From a virus: a stretch of 64,000 nucleotides of DNA. Positions 18,504-27,165 of the stretch are shown here, piece by piece. The stretch's first letter is position 1, and the number at the start of each line of letters is the position of its first letter. The DNA is taken from UHGV virus genome UHGV-0026213; one strand, written 5' to 3'. The position numbers and the translations under genes are program-made. The notes under the pieces were generated by a model. That model did no database searches and was not told where the DNA came from. It was given only the letters and a program-made list of their open reading frames with translations.

Positions 18504-19178
18504 GTGTGGGTAATGGAGAAGCTTCAATATAAACGTTTAGACAATAAGTGGTTTGTATTAACGGAGGATTACCATTATCCGTTTACGTTACGCGAGATTT
18601 ATCACGACCACGTACACTTAGACCGTGCGGTTTATTTAACCGGTGTATTGCCTGACACACAACTGTGGTTAACGGCACCGAAAGGGTTCGTTACCGATTT
18701 AGCGTCAATTCCTGAACACCTCCAGGGAATTTTCCATCCTGACGGGCCGTGGGCACCTGCGGCTTGCATTCACGACCTACTCTATCAAAAATGCAACACG
18801 GAGCGCAGCTATCCCATGACACCGGGTGGTAACGTTTCGCGCATTATCGATAAAGAGTTCTCTGACTTAACGTTCCTGCGTATTATGCAGTCGTTGGAAA
18901 TCTCGCCTTATATCTGCCAAACATTTTATAAGGCCGTCGTTGAATTCGGCTGGGATTCCTACGTAGATCCTAATGCAAAGCCATCCTACAACACTAACGC
19001 GTTTCGTACGTTAGATTACAATCGAAACTATTTATTCGTTCGCGAGTTTAAGGAACCTGCAATCCCTGACCACGAACGTATTGATATCACCACAGATCAG
19101 CCCGTTAATGTCAAATACCTGAACATTAAACGTGCTTTTCTGTCTGGGAGGGAAGATGTTTCATCCAAATCCGAGTAA
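18504..19178 (+). CDS. DUF1353-like phage protein
   Basis: GFVTDLASIP...HD.LY motif; alternative ATG start at about 18513. Confidence 0.45.
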   Translation: MWVMEKLQYKRLDNKWFVLTEDYHYPFTLREIYHDHVHLDRAVYLTGVLPDTQLWLTAPKGFVTDLASIPEHLQGIFHPDGPWAPAACIHDLLYQKCNTERSYPMTPGGNVSRIIDKEFSDLTFLRIMQSLEISPYICQTFYKAVVEFGWDSYVDPNAKPSYNTNAFRTLDYNRNYLFVREFKEPAIPDHERIDITTDQPVNVKYLNIKRAFLSGREDVSSKSE

Positions 19179-19671
19179 CTTTAAACTCAAAGAGTTAGTA
19201 CCACAGTCTTATATTGCCAAATACGGCGATTCTGCAATTCGGTTTATGAATCCGTTGTTAATGATTTCGCTACAGCAGATTCGTAACCGTTTCGGTAGAA
19301 TGGTCATTAACTCAACCGCCGCGCAACAACGCGGACTAAGAACCTTAGACTTCTTTATTAATCAAGAAAAGCCTAAGGGTGGTAATTATAAACAACGTGC
19401 GTTACAGCTTTACGCCGATTCAGGAAGTCAACATAAATTCGGTAACGCCATTGATGCAACGTTGTTGGATAGCACCGTAAAACAGGTTCACGACTACATC
19501 GCTGCTAACCCTGATGAGTTTCCGTTCATTCACTTTATTGAATGTGACATCAGTTGGTTACACATCGATGTTCGTAACCAGCCTAACATTACTTTCTGGT
19601 CACCGAATCGGGGTACTGTGAAAGTGGTTAAGCAAAAACCAATCGACTGGAGCGCCTTAGTCGAGATTTAA
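19156..19671 (+). CDS. Peptidase M15-like (LAS zinc metallopeptidase) cell-wall hydrolase
   Basis: GGNYK...SGSQHKFGNAIDA fits the S.H..G.A.D zinc-binding motif of M15 peptidases. Start moved to ATG at 19156 with GGGAGGGAAG RBS; the listed ORF begins at 19132. Confidence 0.5.
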   Translation: MFHPNPSNFKLKELVPQSYIAKYGDSAIRFMNPLLMISLQQIRNRFGRMVINSTAAQQRGLRTLDFFINQEKPKGGNYKQRALQLYADSGSQHKFGNAIDATLLDSTVKQVHDYIAANPDEFPFIHFIECDISWLHIDVRNQPNITFWSPNRGTVKVVKQKPIDWSALVEI

Positions 19672-19756
19672 CTATTTCTAAGGCGTTTATACCTTATTTT
19701 GTATAAAGACGCTTAGAATGCGTTTTACGCACGATTTGGCGGTTAAAATGAATATA

Positions 19757-19793
19757 CCCTACTCCTTATCGGGAGTAGGGTAGTTTTTTATTG
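19757..19793. terminator. Terminator between convergent genes
   Basis: ccctactcc-ttatcg-ggagtaggg followed by tagttttttattg. Confidence 0.75.
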
Positions 19794-20270
19794 TTCCGCA
19801 GGATGGAGCATTGTTCCGGTGTCAGGGGCTACACCTTCTTTACAGTGGAAGAAAGTAATGCCTTTACCATCACCCGTTTTATATTCTAAAGTAGAATACG
19901 CAAATGTTGGCGTTTTTGAAAGTAACCCATTTACACGATAGTAACGTTGTCCAGTGATAGGATCGATATTTCCATTAACTTTACCTAATAGATCTTTATA
20001 AAGTTGTGGCGACTCAATCTTACCATTTGGCCAAGTGGCTACCCAGTTAGCACCAGTATCGATTATAGTTACTGAGCCTAACATTAGGTTAGTCGAACTG
20101 ACGACAGGTTTGTAATTTACAAAATCTTGCTCTACACCCATACAGGTGTAAATAACCATGTCGTGTGGTTCCACCGGCACAGTCGAGAATTGACCGTTAG
20201 CGGTGGGTTGTAAAGCACATCCTGCTAATGAAAAAACACCAACCATAGCGATAAGAAAACGTTTTAGCAT
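19788..20270 (-). CDS. Putative lipoprotein
   Basis: Signal peptide plus lipobox (MLKRFLIAMVGVFSLAGC); AAGGTGA RBS before ATG at 20270. Listed ORF extends to 20330 without RBS. Confidence 0.6.
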   Translation of the reverse strand: MLKRFLIAMVGVFSLAGCALQPTANGQFSTVPVEPHDMVIYTCMGVEQDFVNYKPVVSSTNLMLGSVTIIDTGANWVATWPNGKIESPQLYKDLLGKVNGNIDPITGQRYYRVNGLLSKTPTFAYSTLEYKTGDGKGITFFHCKEGVAPDTGTMLHPAEQ

Positions 20271-20408
20271 GTTTTCACCTTTTATAAAAAAGTTAAAAAT
20301 AATAATTTTACAGACGACCCTTACTGCCATCTGTCATAACTATTAAAACCACTTCTATAATCCGAACAATACTATGCAATCCACCCTGCCACACACGAGG
20401 TAAAAACG

Positions 20409-20954
20409 ATGGCTAAAGCTTTCAATCTGCAGCTCATTGAAGCTGTTAAAGCTAAAAACCCTGAAACTGCTTCTAAACTGACCGTAAATGATGTCGATTT
20501 CGGGGCCGTAGAAGCTTACACCCCGGCCGGTAAAAGCGACACCCGTAACACTAAAGTTGTCCTGACAGCGAAGAGCACGAGTGCTAACTTCACCGGTAAT
20601 AAAGAATTTCATTACATCCGTCTGGCGTCCGCTAACCTGATTGGAGCCAAAGCTTACCAGCAAGAAGGTAGCCTCGACCTGGAAAATGACGCTATCGTAA
20701 CCAAACTCAATCAAGAAATGGTTACTAAAGGTTATGTCGATGACGCGTTCGCTGTAGGTGAACTCACTATTGAGAAAACTAATGGCGAGAGCGGTGCTAA
20801 GGTTTACACTATCAAAGTAAATGCTGGGCACATTAAATTCCTACCAGGTACCATTGCCACCTTCACCTATACCAACCCGGTTCCTCCGAAGGTAGCTCTG
20901 AGCGGCCTGGAAGGTGAACTGGATGGTTTCACCGCACCGTCTCCTAAAGAGTAA
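20409..20954 (+). CDS. Hypothetical protein, family member (see 16406); C-terminal LEGELDGFT motif
   Basis: N-terminal family pattern; C-terminus shared with the 21020 product (NGELDGFTS). Confidence 0.6.
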   Translation: MAKAFNLQLIEAVKAKNPETASKLTVNDVDFGAVEAYTPAGKSDTRNTKVVLTAKSTSANFTGNKEFHYIRLASANLIGAKAYQQEGSLDLENDAIVTKLNQEMVTKGYVDDAFAVGELTIEKTNGESGAKVYTIKVNAGHIKFLPGTIATFTYTNPVPPKVALSGLEGELDGFTAPSPKE

Positions 20955-20960
20955 TTAAAT

Positions 20961-20992
20961 CGGGGAGGGGGTAACCTCCCCGATATTTCTTT
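20961..20992 (+). terminator. Intrinsic terminator
   Basis: cggggagg-gggtaa-cctccccg followed by atatttcttt. Confidence 0.6.
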
Positions 20993-21019
20993 AACTCGTA
21001 CTATTAAGGATTTAAGATA

Positions 21020-21550
21020 ATGGCAGCTACTAACCAGATGATGTTGGTCGCGCTTTATAATGCTGCTAACACTGAGCTACCACATCAGATTACTGATAAA
21101 GAAGTGTCCTTTGGTTTGCCTACTGCGCTGGAAGGCGAAGGTAAGAATACCAAAGTTACCATGACTGCACTACCAGGTTCTGAGAATTTCAAAGGCGCAA
21201 TCGAACTGCATTACGATCGTCTGGAACCGGGTGTTGTAGGGCGTATTGAACTAACTGACGATCTGTCTCGTTGGGAAGATCAAAACGAATTGCGCGCATG
21301 GTTACAATATTACATCAATAAAGTTAAACCGAACGATGCTATTCATCCAGCGGACGTTTCTTATTCTACCGAAGACCAGAAAGACGAACATGAAAACGTC
21401 ACTCTGCGTACGGTAACGTGCACCGTTACTGAAAAGAACCTCCGTTATAAACCAGGTGTAATGGCAACTTTCGTAATTACGCCGAAAGTTGTTGATAATC
21501 GTATTGACCTGGCCACCACCAACGGTGAGCTGGACGGCTTTACGTCCTAA
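21020..21550 (+). CDS. Hypothetical protein, family member (see 16406)
   Basis: See 20409. Confidence 0.6.
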   Translation: MAATNQMMLVALYNAANTELPHQITDKEVSFGLPTALEGEGKNTKVTMTALPGSENFKGAIELHYDRLEPGVVGRIELTDDLSRWEDQNELRAWLQYYINKVKPNDAIHPADVSYSTEDQKDEHENVTLRTVTCTVTEKNLRYKPGVMATFVITPKVVDNRIDLATTNGELDGFTS

Positions 21551-21562
21551 GAAAAAATAAAA

Positions 21563-21608
21563 ATACCTACCTCCTATTACGGGAGGTAGGTATACTATTT
21601 TTTTTCGC
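21563..21608. terminator. Bidirectional terminator between convergent transcription units
   Basis: atacctacctcc-tattacg-ggaggtaggtat flanked by an A-run upstream and T9 downstream. Confidence 0.8.
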
Positions 21609-21614
21609 TGTCGA

Positions 21615-22286
21615 TTACAGCCCTTGCTCTAACGCAAACGCTTTAATTGAATCGTAATCACGTGCTTCAGCCCAAGCCCTGACTTCTCTTTTCTGCTCAG
21701 ACATTGCGTGGTGTAGTCTTTGATCACGCTCAACGATTGCTGCCAGCAACGTCTTGCACTGTTCTAACGTAAACGGTTCGATACGGGTGTTGTTAGCCGT
21801 TAACCAATACGCTGGCGCAGTTTCTGACTGGATATAACGACTCAGTGCTACCTGTGACTTCTCATCTGCCTGGAAAGTGAAATCACCTACCTGAATCTCA
21901 GCATAGCGTGCATCCTGATAACGGAATTCCAAAGCGCTTAGAATTTTCTGAACATCAGTAAAGATATACCGCACCGTGGAACGTAAACCTGTACGAATTT
22001 CTTCCAGGTCAATCCCCAACGTGTCGTTAACAAAGTCTTTCGCTTTCTGTAGCGTAAACCGTGCTTCGATTTCAGACATGTCGTAGTTACGCATTTGTTC
22101 CAATGCTTCGCGATCAGACATCCCATCAATCAGCTTATAGTGCAGTAACGCACAAAACCCTGTACGACCGTGATCTTCGCTACCGATTTTCTCCATGTAG
22201 TTACCATGACGGTCAATCGGTAGATCGTGCGCAAAATAACGGCGACGGATTTCTTCTTTCGTTAAGCCTTCACCAGTAGCAGACAT
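21615..22286 (-). CDS. Hypothetical protein, last gene of the radical-SAM/peptide operon
   Basis: 223-aa ORF overlapping the upstream gene by 25 nt. Confidence 0.55.
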   Translation of the reverse strand: MSATGEGLTKEEIRRRYFAHDLPIDRHGNYMEKIGSEDHGRTGFCALLHYKLIDGMSDREALEQMRNYDMSEIEARFTLQKAKDFVNDTLGIDLEEIRTGLRSTVRYIFTDVQKILSALEFRYQDARYAEIQVGDFTFQADEKSQVALSRYIQSETAPAYWLTANNTRIEPFTLEQCKTLLAAIVERDQRLHHAMSEQKREVRAWAEARDYDSIKAFALEQGL

Positions 22287-22834
22287 TCATCGTCTCCTTT
22301 AATCAACCCTAATTCGATTAACAGTTCAAAATCGATATGACGGAATCTTGTGTCGAAGTCAGATTCCCAATCGATACGGATACCCTGGCATTCTTCTGGC
22401 GTTAGCTCAGGAAAAATCACGCTATTAAATTTCTCCCGCTCATCGTAAAACCCATCAATCGGTGAGTTCGGGTTACGTGTTGCGAAGATAGTAATGCCTG
22501 GGAAGGACAATGCCAACACAGTGATAGATTCTGCGCTGGGTTCGCTTAAAGAGCGGCGTAGAAACGCAATTTTGTGACGTGGGAAATCCAATACCCGCTC
22601 TTCAAACCCTGGATTACGTTTTTCGATTTCCGCGACCGACAGGTCAGTAAGTTCGGTGCAGTACATCGGGATGATCACAGTCACGCCGTGACGAATCAGC
22701 AAGCGTTTTACGTCATCGGTAAAATCTTCACCGTTAATCACCACATAACAACCGAATAGCTTACTGTTTTCCAGAAACTTATCCAGAAGTCGAATTCTAC
22801 GCTTCGTAATATTGTTGATCAGAATTGGTTTCAT
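22262..22834 (-). CDS. Hypothetical protein in the radical-SAM/peptide operon
   Basis: 190-aa ORF overlapping the radical-SAM gene end. Confidence 0.55.
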   Translation of the reverse strand: MKPILINNITKRRIRLLDKFLENSKLFGCYVVINGEDFTDDVKRLLIRHGVTVIIPMYCTELTDLSVAEIEKRNPGFEERVLDFPRHKIAFLRRSLSEPSAESITVLALSFPGITIFATRNPNSPIDGFYDEREKFNSVIFPELTPEECQGIRIDWESDFDTRFRHIDFELLIELGLIKGDDECLLLVKA

Positions 22835-24119
22835 CTTTGGCTTCTCTTAATAATTTTTCCTTTTGGGCGCGTTCACGGACACAGCGTGGACAATAACACA
22901 TACTCGTGTCGTGGAACGCTTTTGCTGACGTCGTACCCATCTTCTGTTTCCAGTATTCCGCCACCATCAGTTTCGCTGTCGTCCAGCCACACTGACGTCG
23001 TTCAGCGTGATACGCTTTACGGTCTTCTAACGTTCCTTCCCCGTTCTCGTAAGAAGCCGCCGCGCAGCTACCACAAGCGTGTTTCATCGGACAACCTAAA
23101 CAGGTCTCTGGGTAGTTGGTATATTGCGTTTGAATCTCTTCTAACAATTTACCGTTGTCCAGACTGACGAATTCCCGACCTACCAACTCAAACACCGCAG
23201 AACGTGACGTTACCGTTGACATAAAGCGGTTACAGCCAAAGATCTTACGGTCAAACCCTAAGCACGTCATGTGCGTTAACGTCCCACAGAACGGACGTAA
23301 ACGTTCTGGGTTCAACCGTACGGTGTCATTATACAGTAACTGGTCACGCCAGTTCGGTTCCCAAATCGTATCGAAATCCAACCCTTCTGGAATGATGTGC
23401 GATAAGATATTACGTGGGTTGGTGTGTAATCCTTTCTCAACCCAATAATCTATCACATCCATCATCTGTAAAGCGATTGACGTCGCCATGCTACGTGGCA
23501 TAACGTCTTCGAAAGTTACGTTTCCAGAAATTGTCCCACCGCCAGTAATGTCAATTAATGACTTCATCCCCGCAGCATAGAACGGCAGCGTTTCTAACGT
23601 AAAGGTTGCTTTTACGCCGAGCTCTGCAATGCCAACCTCTTTTAAGTAGTTATAGCCACGTACTGCGGCTTCGTAAGAACCTTGACGTGTCGTTGTGAAG
23701 ATACGGTATCGATCGTGGGACTCCGGTAAGCCGTCAATCGAAACCCCAACTGAAAGTTTGTCTTTCCAACGTTCTACAATCTCACGGTTCAACGGACGAT
23801 CTAACAGCGTTCCGTTCGTGGAGATACTAAACATAAACGGTCGGTTGTGTTCTTTGCACAACTGCTCAGCGGTTTCAAACGCAGCCAGCAGCAGTTTAGG
23901 CTGCATGAACGGCTCACCACCGATAATGTCGATAATAACTTCAACATTCGGTTCGTTTTTATCACGTTCAAAACAGGCGTGCAAGAAATCAACAATGTCG
24001 GCCGCTTTGTTGTTACGTGGGTACTTACGTTCGTAACAATATTCGCAGTCCAGGTTACACGAAAGGTTGGTTACAATCTGATACGTTAACTGCTTAGGGA
24101 ATTCATTTGCTTGGCTCAT
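22797..24119 (-). CDS. Radical SAM enzyme with SPASM/twitch-like Cys-rich C-terminal domain; candidate peptide maturase
   Basis: CNLDCEYC (CX3CX2C) at residues about 21-28 and IIGGEPFM glycine-rich SAM motif; C-terminal CGTLTHMTC...CLGCPMKHACGSC...CYCPRC cysteine cluster. Confidence 0.8.
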   Translation of the reverse strand: MSQANEFPKQLTYQIVTNLSCNLDCEYCYERKYPRNNKAADIVDFLHACFERDKNEPNVEVIIDIIGGEPFMQPKLLLAAFETAEQLCKEHNRPFMFSISTNGTLLDRPLNREIVERWKDKLSVGVSIDGLPESHDRYRIFTTTRQGSYEAAVRGYNYLKEVGIAELGVKATFTLETLPFYAAGMKSLIDITGGGTISGNVTFEDVMPRSMATSIALQMMDVIDYWVEKGLHTNPRNILSHIIPEGLDFDTIWEPNWRDQLLYNDTVRLNPERLRPFCGTLTHMTCLGFDRKIFGCNRFMSTVTSRSAVFELVGREFVSLDNGKLLEEIQTQYTNYPETCLGCPMKHACGSCAAASYENGEGTLEDRKAYHAERRQCGWTTAKLMVAEYWKQKMGTTSAKAFHDTSMCYCPRCVRERAQKEKLLREAKDETNSDQQYYEA

Positions 24120-25026
24120 TTGCCGCCCCTCTATTACGCCCTGCCATCACCACACGACGAATATATTCGTACGCCTCTACACCGATAGAGAAGGCCAGTT
24201 GGTTACATCCCGATTCCAGAACGTTAGGCGCATTCTGGAGTTGGTGCTCACCGCCGTCTGCATTAATCCAAAGACTTTCGCTGCAAACGTTACACCCTTC
24301 TTCAAACACTTTACTTACCGTAAAGCCGCATTCACGACTATTTACTACATTCAGTCGTTCAATGTTGTCCTGAACCTGATAGTAGCCGTAAATAAAGTTC
24401 ATGACGTGGTCAGGCGATAAAGGTTTTGGCATTTTCGCATCTAAGAGTAACGTCATTGCACGGAAACCGTAATGGTAAATCGCGCTGTGCAGCTGAATAA
24501 TATCTTCGTGCCAGCGTTTGTCCCCTAAACGGTCCCGTGTCAGGACACCCCAAGTCTGGACATTATCCAGCTCGTAGATCGTTTCCAGTGCTTCGTAACA
24601 GCCTTCGTCAATAAAGCGCATAAACGGGCGCTCAGACGACTTAAACCCATCGATGCTAACGTAGACATTGTCAAACTGTTTTAGCAACGGGAGATGCGAT
24701 TTACGCATCTTTAAGCCATTGGTATACAACTGGTGTTTGAGTTCTGGACGAATCACTTTTAATTCGTCAACAAACGCCTCAATTTTACGGGTTGCCAGTA
24801 ATGGCTCACCACCCGTCCACTGAATTTCGGTAATGGTTGGATTAGCTTCCAGCGCTTCCAAAATTCGTTCACGTTGAAACTCTCGCGGAGAATCTTCACG
24901 ATTCATGTAATAGGCTCCACCGCAGAAGCTACAGTCCAGGTTACACTTGGACGTAGCGACTACGGACAATACGGTGGGTTTATCGTATAAACGATTCGAT
25001 AACCTTGGTTCTGCATTGGTTGTCAT
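24103..25026 (-). CDS. Radical SAM enzyme (second, shorter)
   Basis: CNLDCSFCGG CX3CX2C motif and WTGGEPLL; GGAG RBS. Confidence 0.75.
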   Translation of the reverse strand: MTTNAEPRLSNRLYDKPTVLSVVATSKCNLDCSFCGGAYYMNREDSPREFQRERILEALEANPTITEIQWTGGEPLLATRKIEAFVDELKVIRPELKHQLYTNGLKMRKSHLPLLKQFDNVYVSIDGFKSSERPFMRFIDEGCYEALETIYELDNVQTWGVLTRDRLGDKRWHEDIIQLHSAIYHYGFRAMTLLLDAKMPKPLSPDHVMNFIYGYYQVQDNIERLNVVNSRECGFTVSKVFEEGCNVCSESLWINADGGEHQLQNAPNVLESGCNQLAFSIGVEAYEYIRRVVMAGRNRGAANEPSK

Positions 25027-25047
25027 TGCAGGTGACTCCGGTCGTTT

Positions 25048-25947
25048 TTAAATATAATCAATGGCGAACAAAGGATCGTCGTCTACGTTAGCACCAGGGG
25101 TTAACAAGAATGGAGAGTTATACGCTTCCAAAATACGGTTAAGGTCTTTATAACGGACATTTAAACGTTCTAAATCCGCTAACGTTACGTTACGGTCCAA
25201 CACCGCCGACACTGCTGCTTTCTCTTCGTCAGTTAACGTGACTTTCGTCATTAAGAAACTAACGAGTTTTGCCAGATCCGCTTCTGTTGACGGATGCTCG
25301 CCAATACGTGTTTGAATCAAATGCTGCATCCAAGGCTTACGGATGCGTTTTGTGATTTCGTGTTCATCCGTCAGGGCAATCCACACGGAACGTTCACGAT
25401 CCCACACGAACTTATAGCTATACGCCATTAAATCCGCTAAGCAATTAATCCCTAACGCTTCGTACCCTTCAATTTCGATATACGATTCCGTATCGAAATA
25501 GTTCTTCGTTTCTGGTGTTACCAGGGTAAAGAAATACGGGAACGAGCCTAAGTAATCCGGCGACCACCAACGACGGGCAACTGGTTTTGCGCCCATTTCT
25601 TCAAATGGGGTAAAGAACAATTCCATATCTACGGAGTTATTCAAAATCCCGTCACTAAAGAAATATTTACCCGCAACCAGTTTACCACGCAACTCGGAGT
25701 CACCGGTAAAGACCACTACACTTTCTGCCGTCAGATCACGAATCTTAAACGTATTTTCTACACGATAGTTTTTACGATCGGTAAAGAAACGTCCGCGCAC
25801 TTTAGGCCATTCGCCCGGCAACTGAGTCAGCAGACGAACTTCATCTGCTAAGTGTGCACGTACGGAATCAGGGGAAGAAATGTGAAGTGGATGATTGAAA
25901 ATTGTTTTGTACGCTAAATGTAAATCATTCTTCATTGATTGCTCCAT
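25048..25947 (-). CDS. Hypothetical protein between peptide genes and radical-SAM genes
   Basis: 299-aa ORF, no motif recognised; candidate accessory protein by position only. Confidence 0.5.
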   Translation of the reverse strand: MEQSMKNDLHLAYKTIFNHPLHISSPDSVRAHLADEVRLLTQLPGEWPKVRGRFFTDRKNYRVENTFKIRDLTAESVVVFTGDSELRGKLVAGKYFFSDGILNNSVDMELFFTPFEEMGAKPVARRWWSPDYLGSFPYFFTLVTPETKNYFDTESYIEIEGYEALGINCLADLMAYSYKFVWDRERSVWIALTDEHEITKRIRKPWMQHLIQTRIGEHPSTEADLAKLVSFLMTKVTLTDEEKAAVSAVLDRNVTLADLERLNVRYKDLNRILEAYNSPFLLTPGANVDDDPLFAIDYI

Positions 25948-26084
25948 TTATTTCACGGTCAAACGGACATTCAGGGTATAGAACCCACCGCGCCATTGCC
26001 TACCGGTGACTTGAAACTCAGTAGTAAACCCGTACGATTAACTCGGTTATTGCGTAATAGACATACTACCACTGGAGGGCTTAG

Positions 26085-26291
26085 TTACCTTCCCCCCGCA
26101 CCTTTACTACAGCTACCACTGCACGACCAGCTACATCCACCGTTACAGTTATAATGGCTTAAAGGTAAACCGGCAAGGTTGTTGGTTGAAGACACGGTGC
26201 CTTGGTTTGCAATATAGTTGTTTGCGTTAGCGGTCGTAATATACCCTTCCGCTGTTACTAACCGATCACGAAGGTTCTTAAGGCTAATCAC
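26085..26291 (-). CDS. Cys-rich precursor-like peptide C (short core)
   Basis: GGGAGG RBS 4 nt before GTG at about 26291; product (M)ISLKNLRDRLVTAEG...LSHYNCNGGCSWSCSGSCSKGAGGR. Leader and leader-core junction are conserved with peptides A and B. Confidence 0.55.
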   Translation of the reverse strand: MISLKNLRDRLVTAEGYITTANANNYIANQGTVSSTNNLAGLPLSHYNCNGGCSWSCSGSCSKGAGGR

Positions 26292-26293
26292 AA

Positions 26294-26692
26294 TTACCTC
26301 CCAGAACACCCACCAGAACAACTACCTGAGCAGCCTGCAGAACAGTTTCCTACACACGAGTTAGAACAACTCCCCGTACAGCTTCCTGAACAGCCACCAG
26401 AACAGGTATTCGAACATCCACTACAGCCTGCACTACAACCTGATACACAGTTTGCAGAACAGGAAGAACCACAGCCGCCTGATGCGTTCCCCGTACAACC
26501 ACCAGAACAGCTCGAACAGGTCCAGCTACAGCTCCCACCACAGTCATAGTGGTTGCGAGCTTGTCCACCGAATAAGTCTGCGTTGTTCGTCGCTTTCCCA
26601 CGAATATAGTTTTGTACTGCACCCGTATTCTTCAATGCAGTGTTGTCAATGTTATTTAGCCGCGCTTGTAGCGCAGGTAATCCAATTGCCAT
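26294..26692 (-). CDS. Cys-rich precursor-like peptide B (about 50-aa leader plus about 80-aa Cys/Gly/Ser core)
   Basis: Core ...HYDCGGSCSWTCSSCSGGC... with Cys every 3-5 residues (about 24 Cys); leader similar to peptide A. Confidence 0.65.
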   Translation of the reverse strand: MAIGLPALQARLNNIDNTALKNTGAVQNYIRGKATNNADLFGGQARNHYDCGGSCSWTCSSCSGGCTGNASGGCGSSCSANCVSGCSAGCSGCSNTCSGGCSGSCTGSCSNSCVGNCSAGCSGSCSGGCSGR

Positions 26693-26702
26693 TTTTCACC
26701 TC

Positions 26703-27098
26703 TTAGGTTGGGCCAGAACAGCCACCAGAGCAAGCACCAGAACAACCCGTAGAACAACGGCCCGAGCAAGCGCCCCCACAGGTCCCACTGCAACCTGAGC
26801 AGCCACCGGAACACGTTGAACTACATCCAGTACACTGGTTACCGCACGCGGATGAGCAGCTACCTACACACACTGACGTGCAGGTGCCCGAACAACTCGT
26901 ACAGCCATGCGTACAACCGTTTGAGCACGTCCAGCTACAGCTTCCCCCGCAGTCTAACCGACTTGGCGTCCAACCCGAAAAAGTGTCGGCGGCATTATGT
27001 GCTTTCGACGCAACTTGCGGATCAACACGTGGGCCAGTTGCCATTTGGTTCTCTACGTTGGTGATTCGGTCACGTACATTTTTAACACTGATCGCCAT
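26703..27098 (-). CDS. Cys-rich precursor-like peptide A
   Basis: AAGGA RBS then ATG at about 27098; leader MAISVKNVRDRITNVENQ..., core ...RLDCGGSCSWTCSNGCTHGC... with about 25 Cys. Confidence 0.65.
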   Translation of the reverse strand: MAISVKNVRDRITNVENQMATGPRVDPQVASKAHNAADTFSGWTPSRLDCGGSCSWTCSNGCTHGCTSCSGTCTSVCVGSCSSACGNQCTGCSSTCSGGCSGCSGTCGGACSGRCSTGCSGACSGGCSGPT

Positions 27099-27103
27099 CA
27101 CGT

Positions 27104-27156
27104 ATCCTTAAAATAAAAAAGAATGGAGGACTACGCCCATAAGCATAGTTCCTCCT
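27104..27156 (-). terminator. Minus-strand terminator/attenuator between the 401-aa fibre gene and the Cys-rich peptide genes
   Basis: On the minus strand: ggaggaactatg...cgtagtcctcc hairpin followed by attcttttttatttt, about 20 nt before the peptide A start codon. Confidence 0.6.
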
Positions 27157-27165
27157 GTAATAAAG

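Noticed and set aside
22797-25026. Reading the two radical-SAM genes as 7-deazaguanine (QueE), NrdG activase or viperin-like enzymes
   Set aside because: No neighbouring queuosine-pathway, ribonucleotide reductase or nucleotide-modification genes; the SPASM-like domain and adjacent leader-plus-Cys-core peptides fit peptide maturation better. Not formally excluded without profile searches.
26350-27111. ORFs 26350..26622(-), 26452..26706(+), 26816..27064(+) and 26878..27111(+) overlapping the Cys-rich peptide genes
   Set aside because: Alternative frames of low-complexity TGC/AGC/GGC-rich sequence; only the frames giving leader plus Cys-core with RBS and conserved junction are kept.
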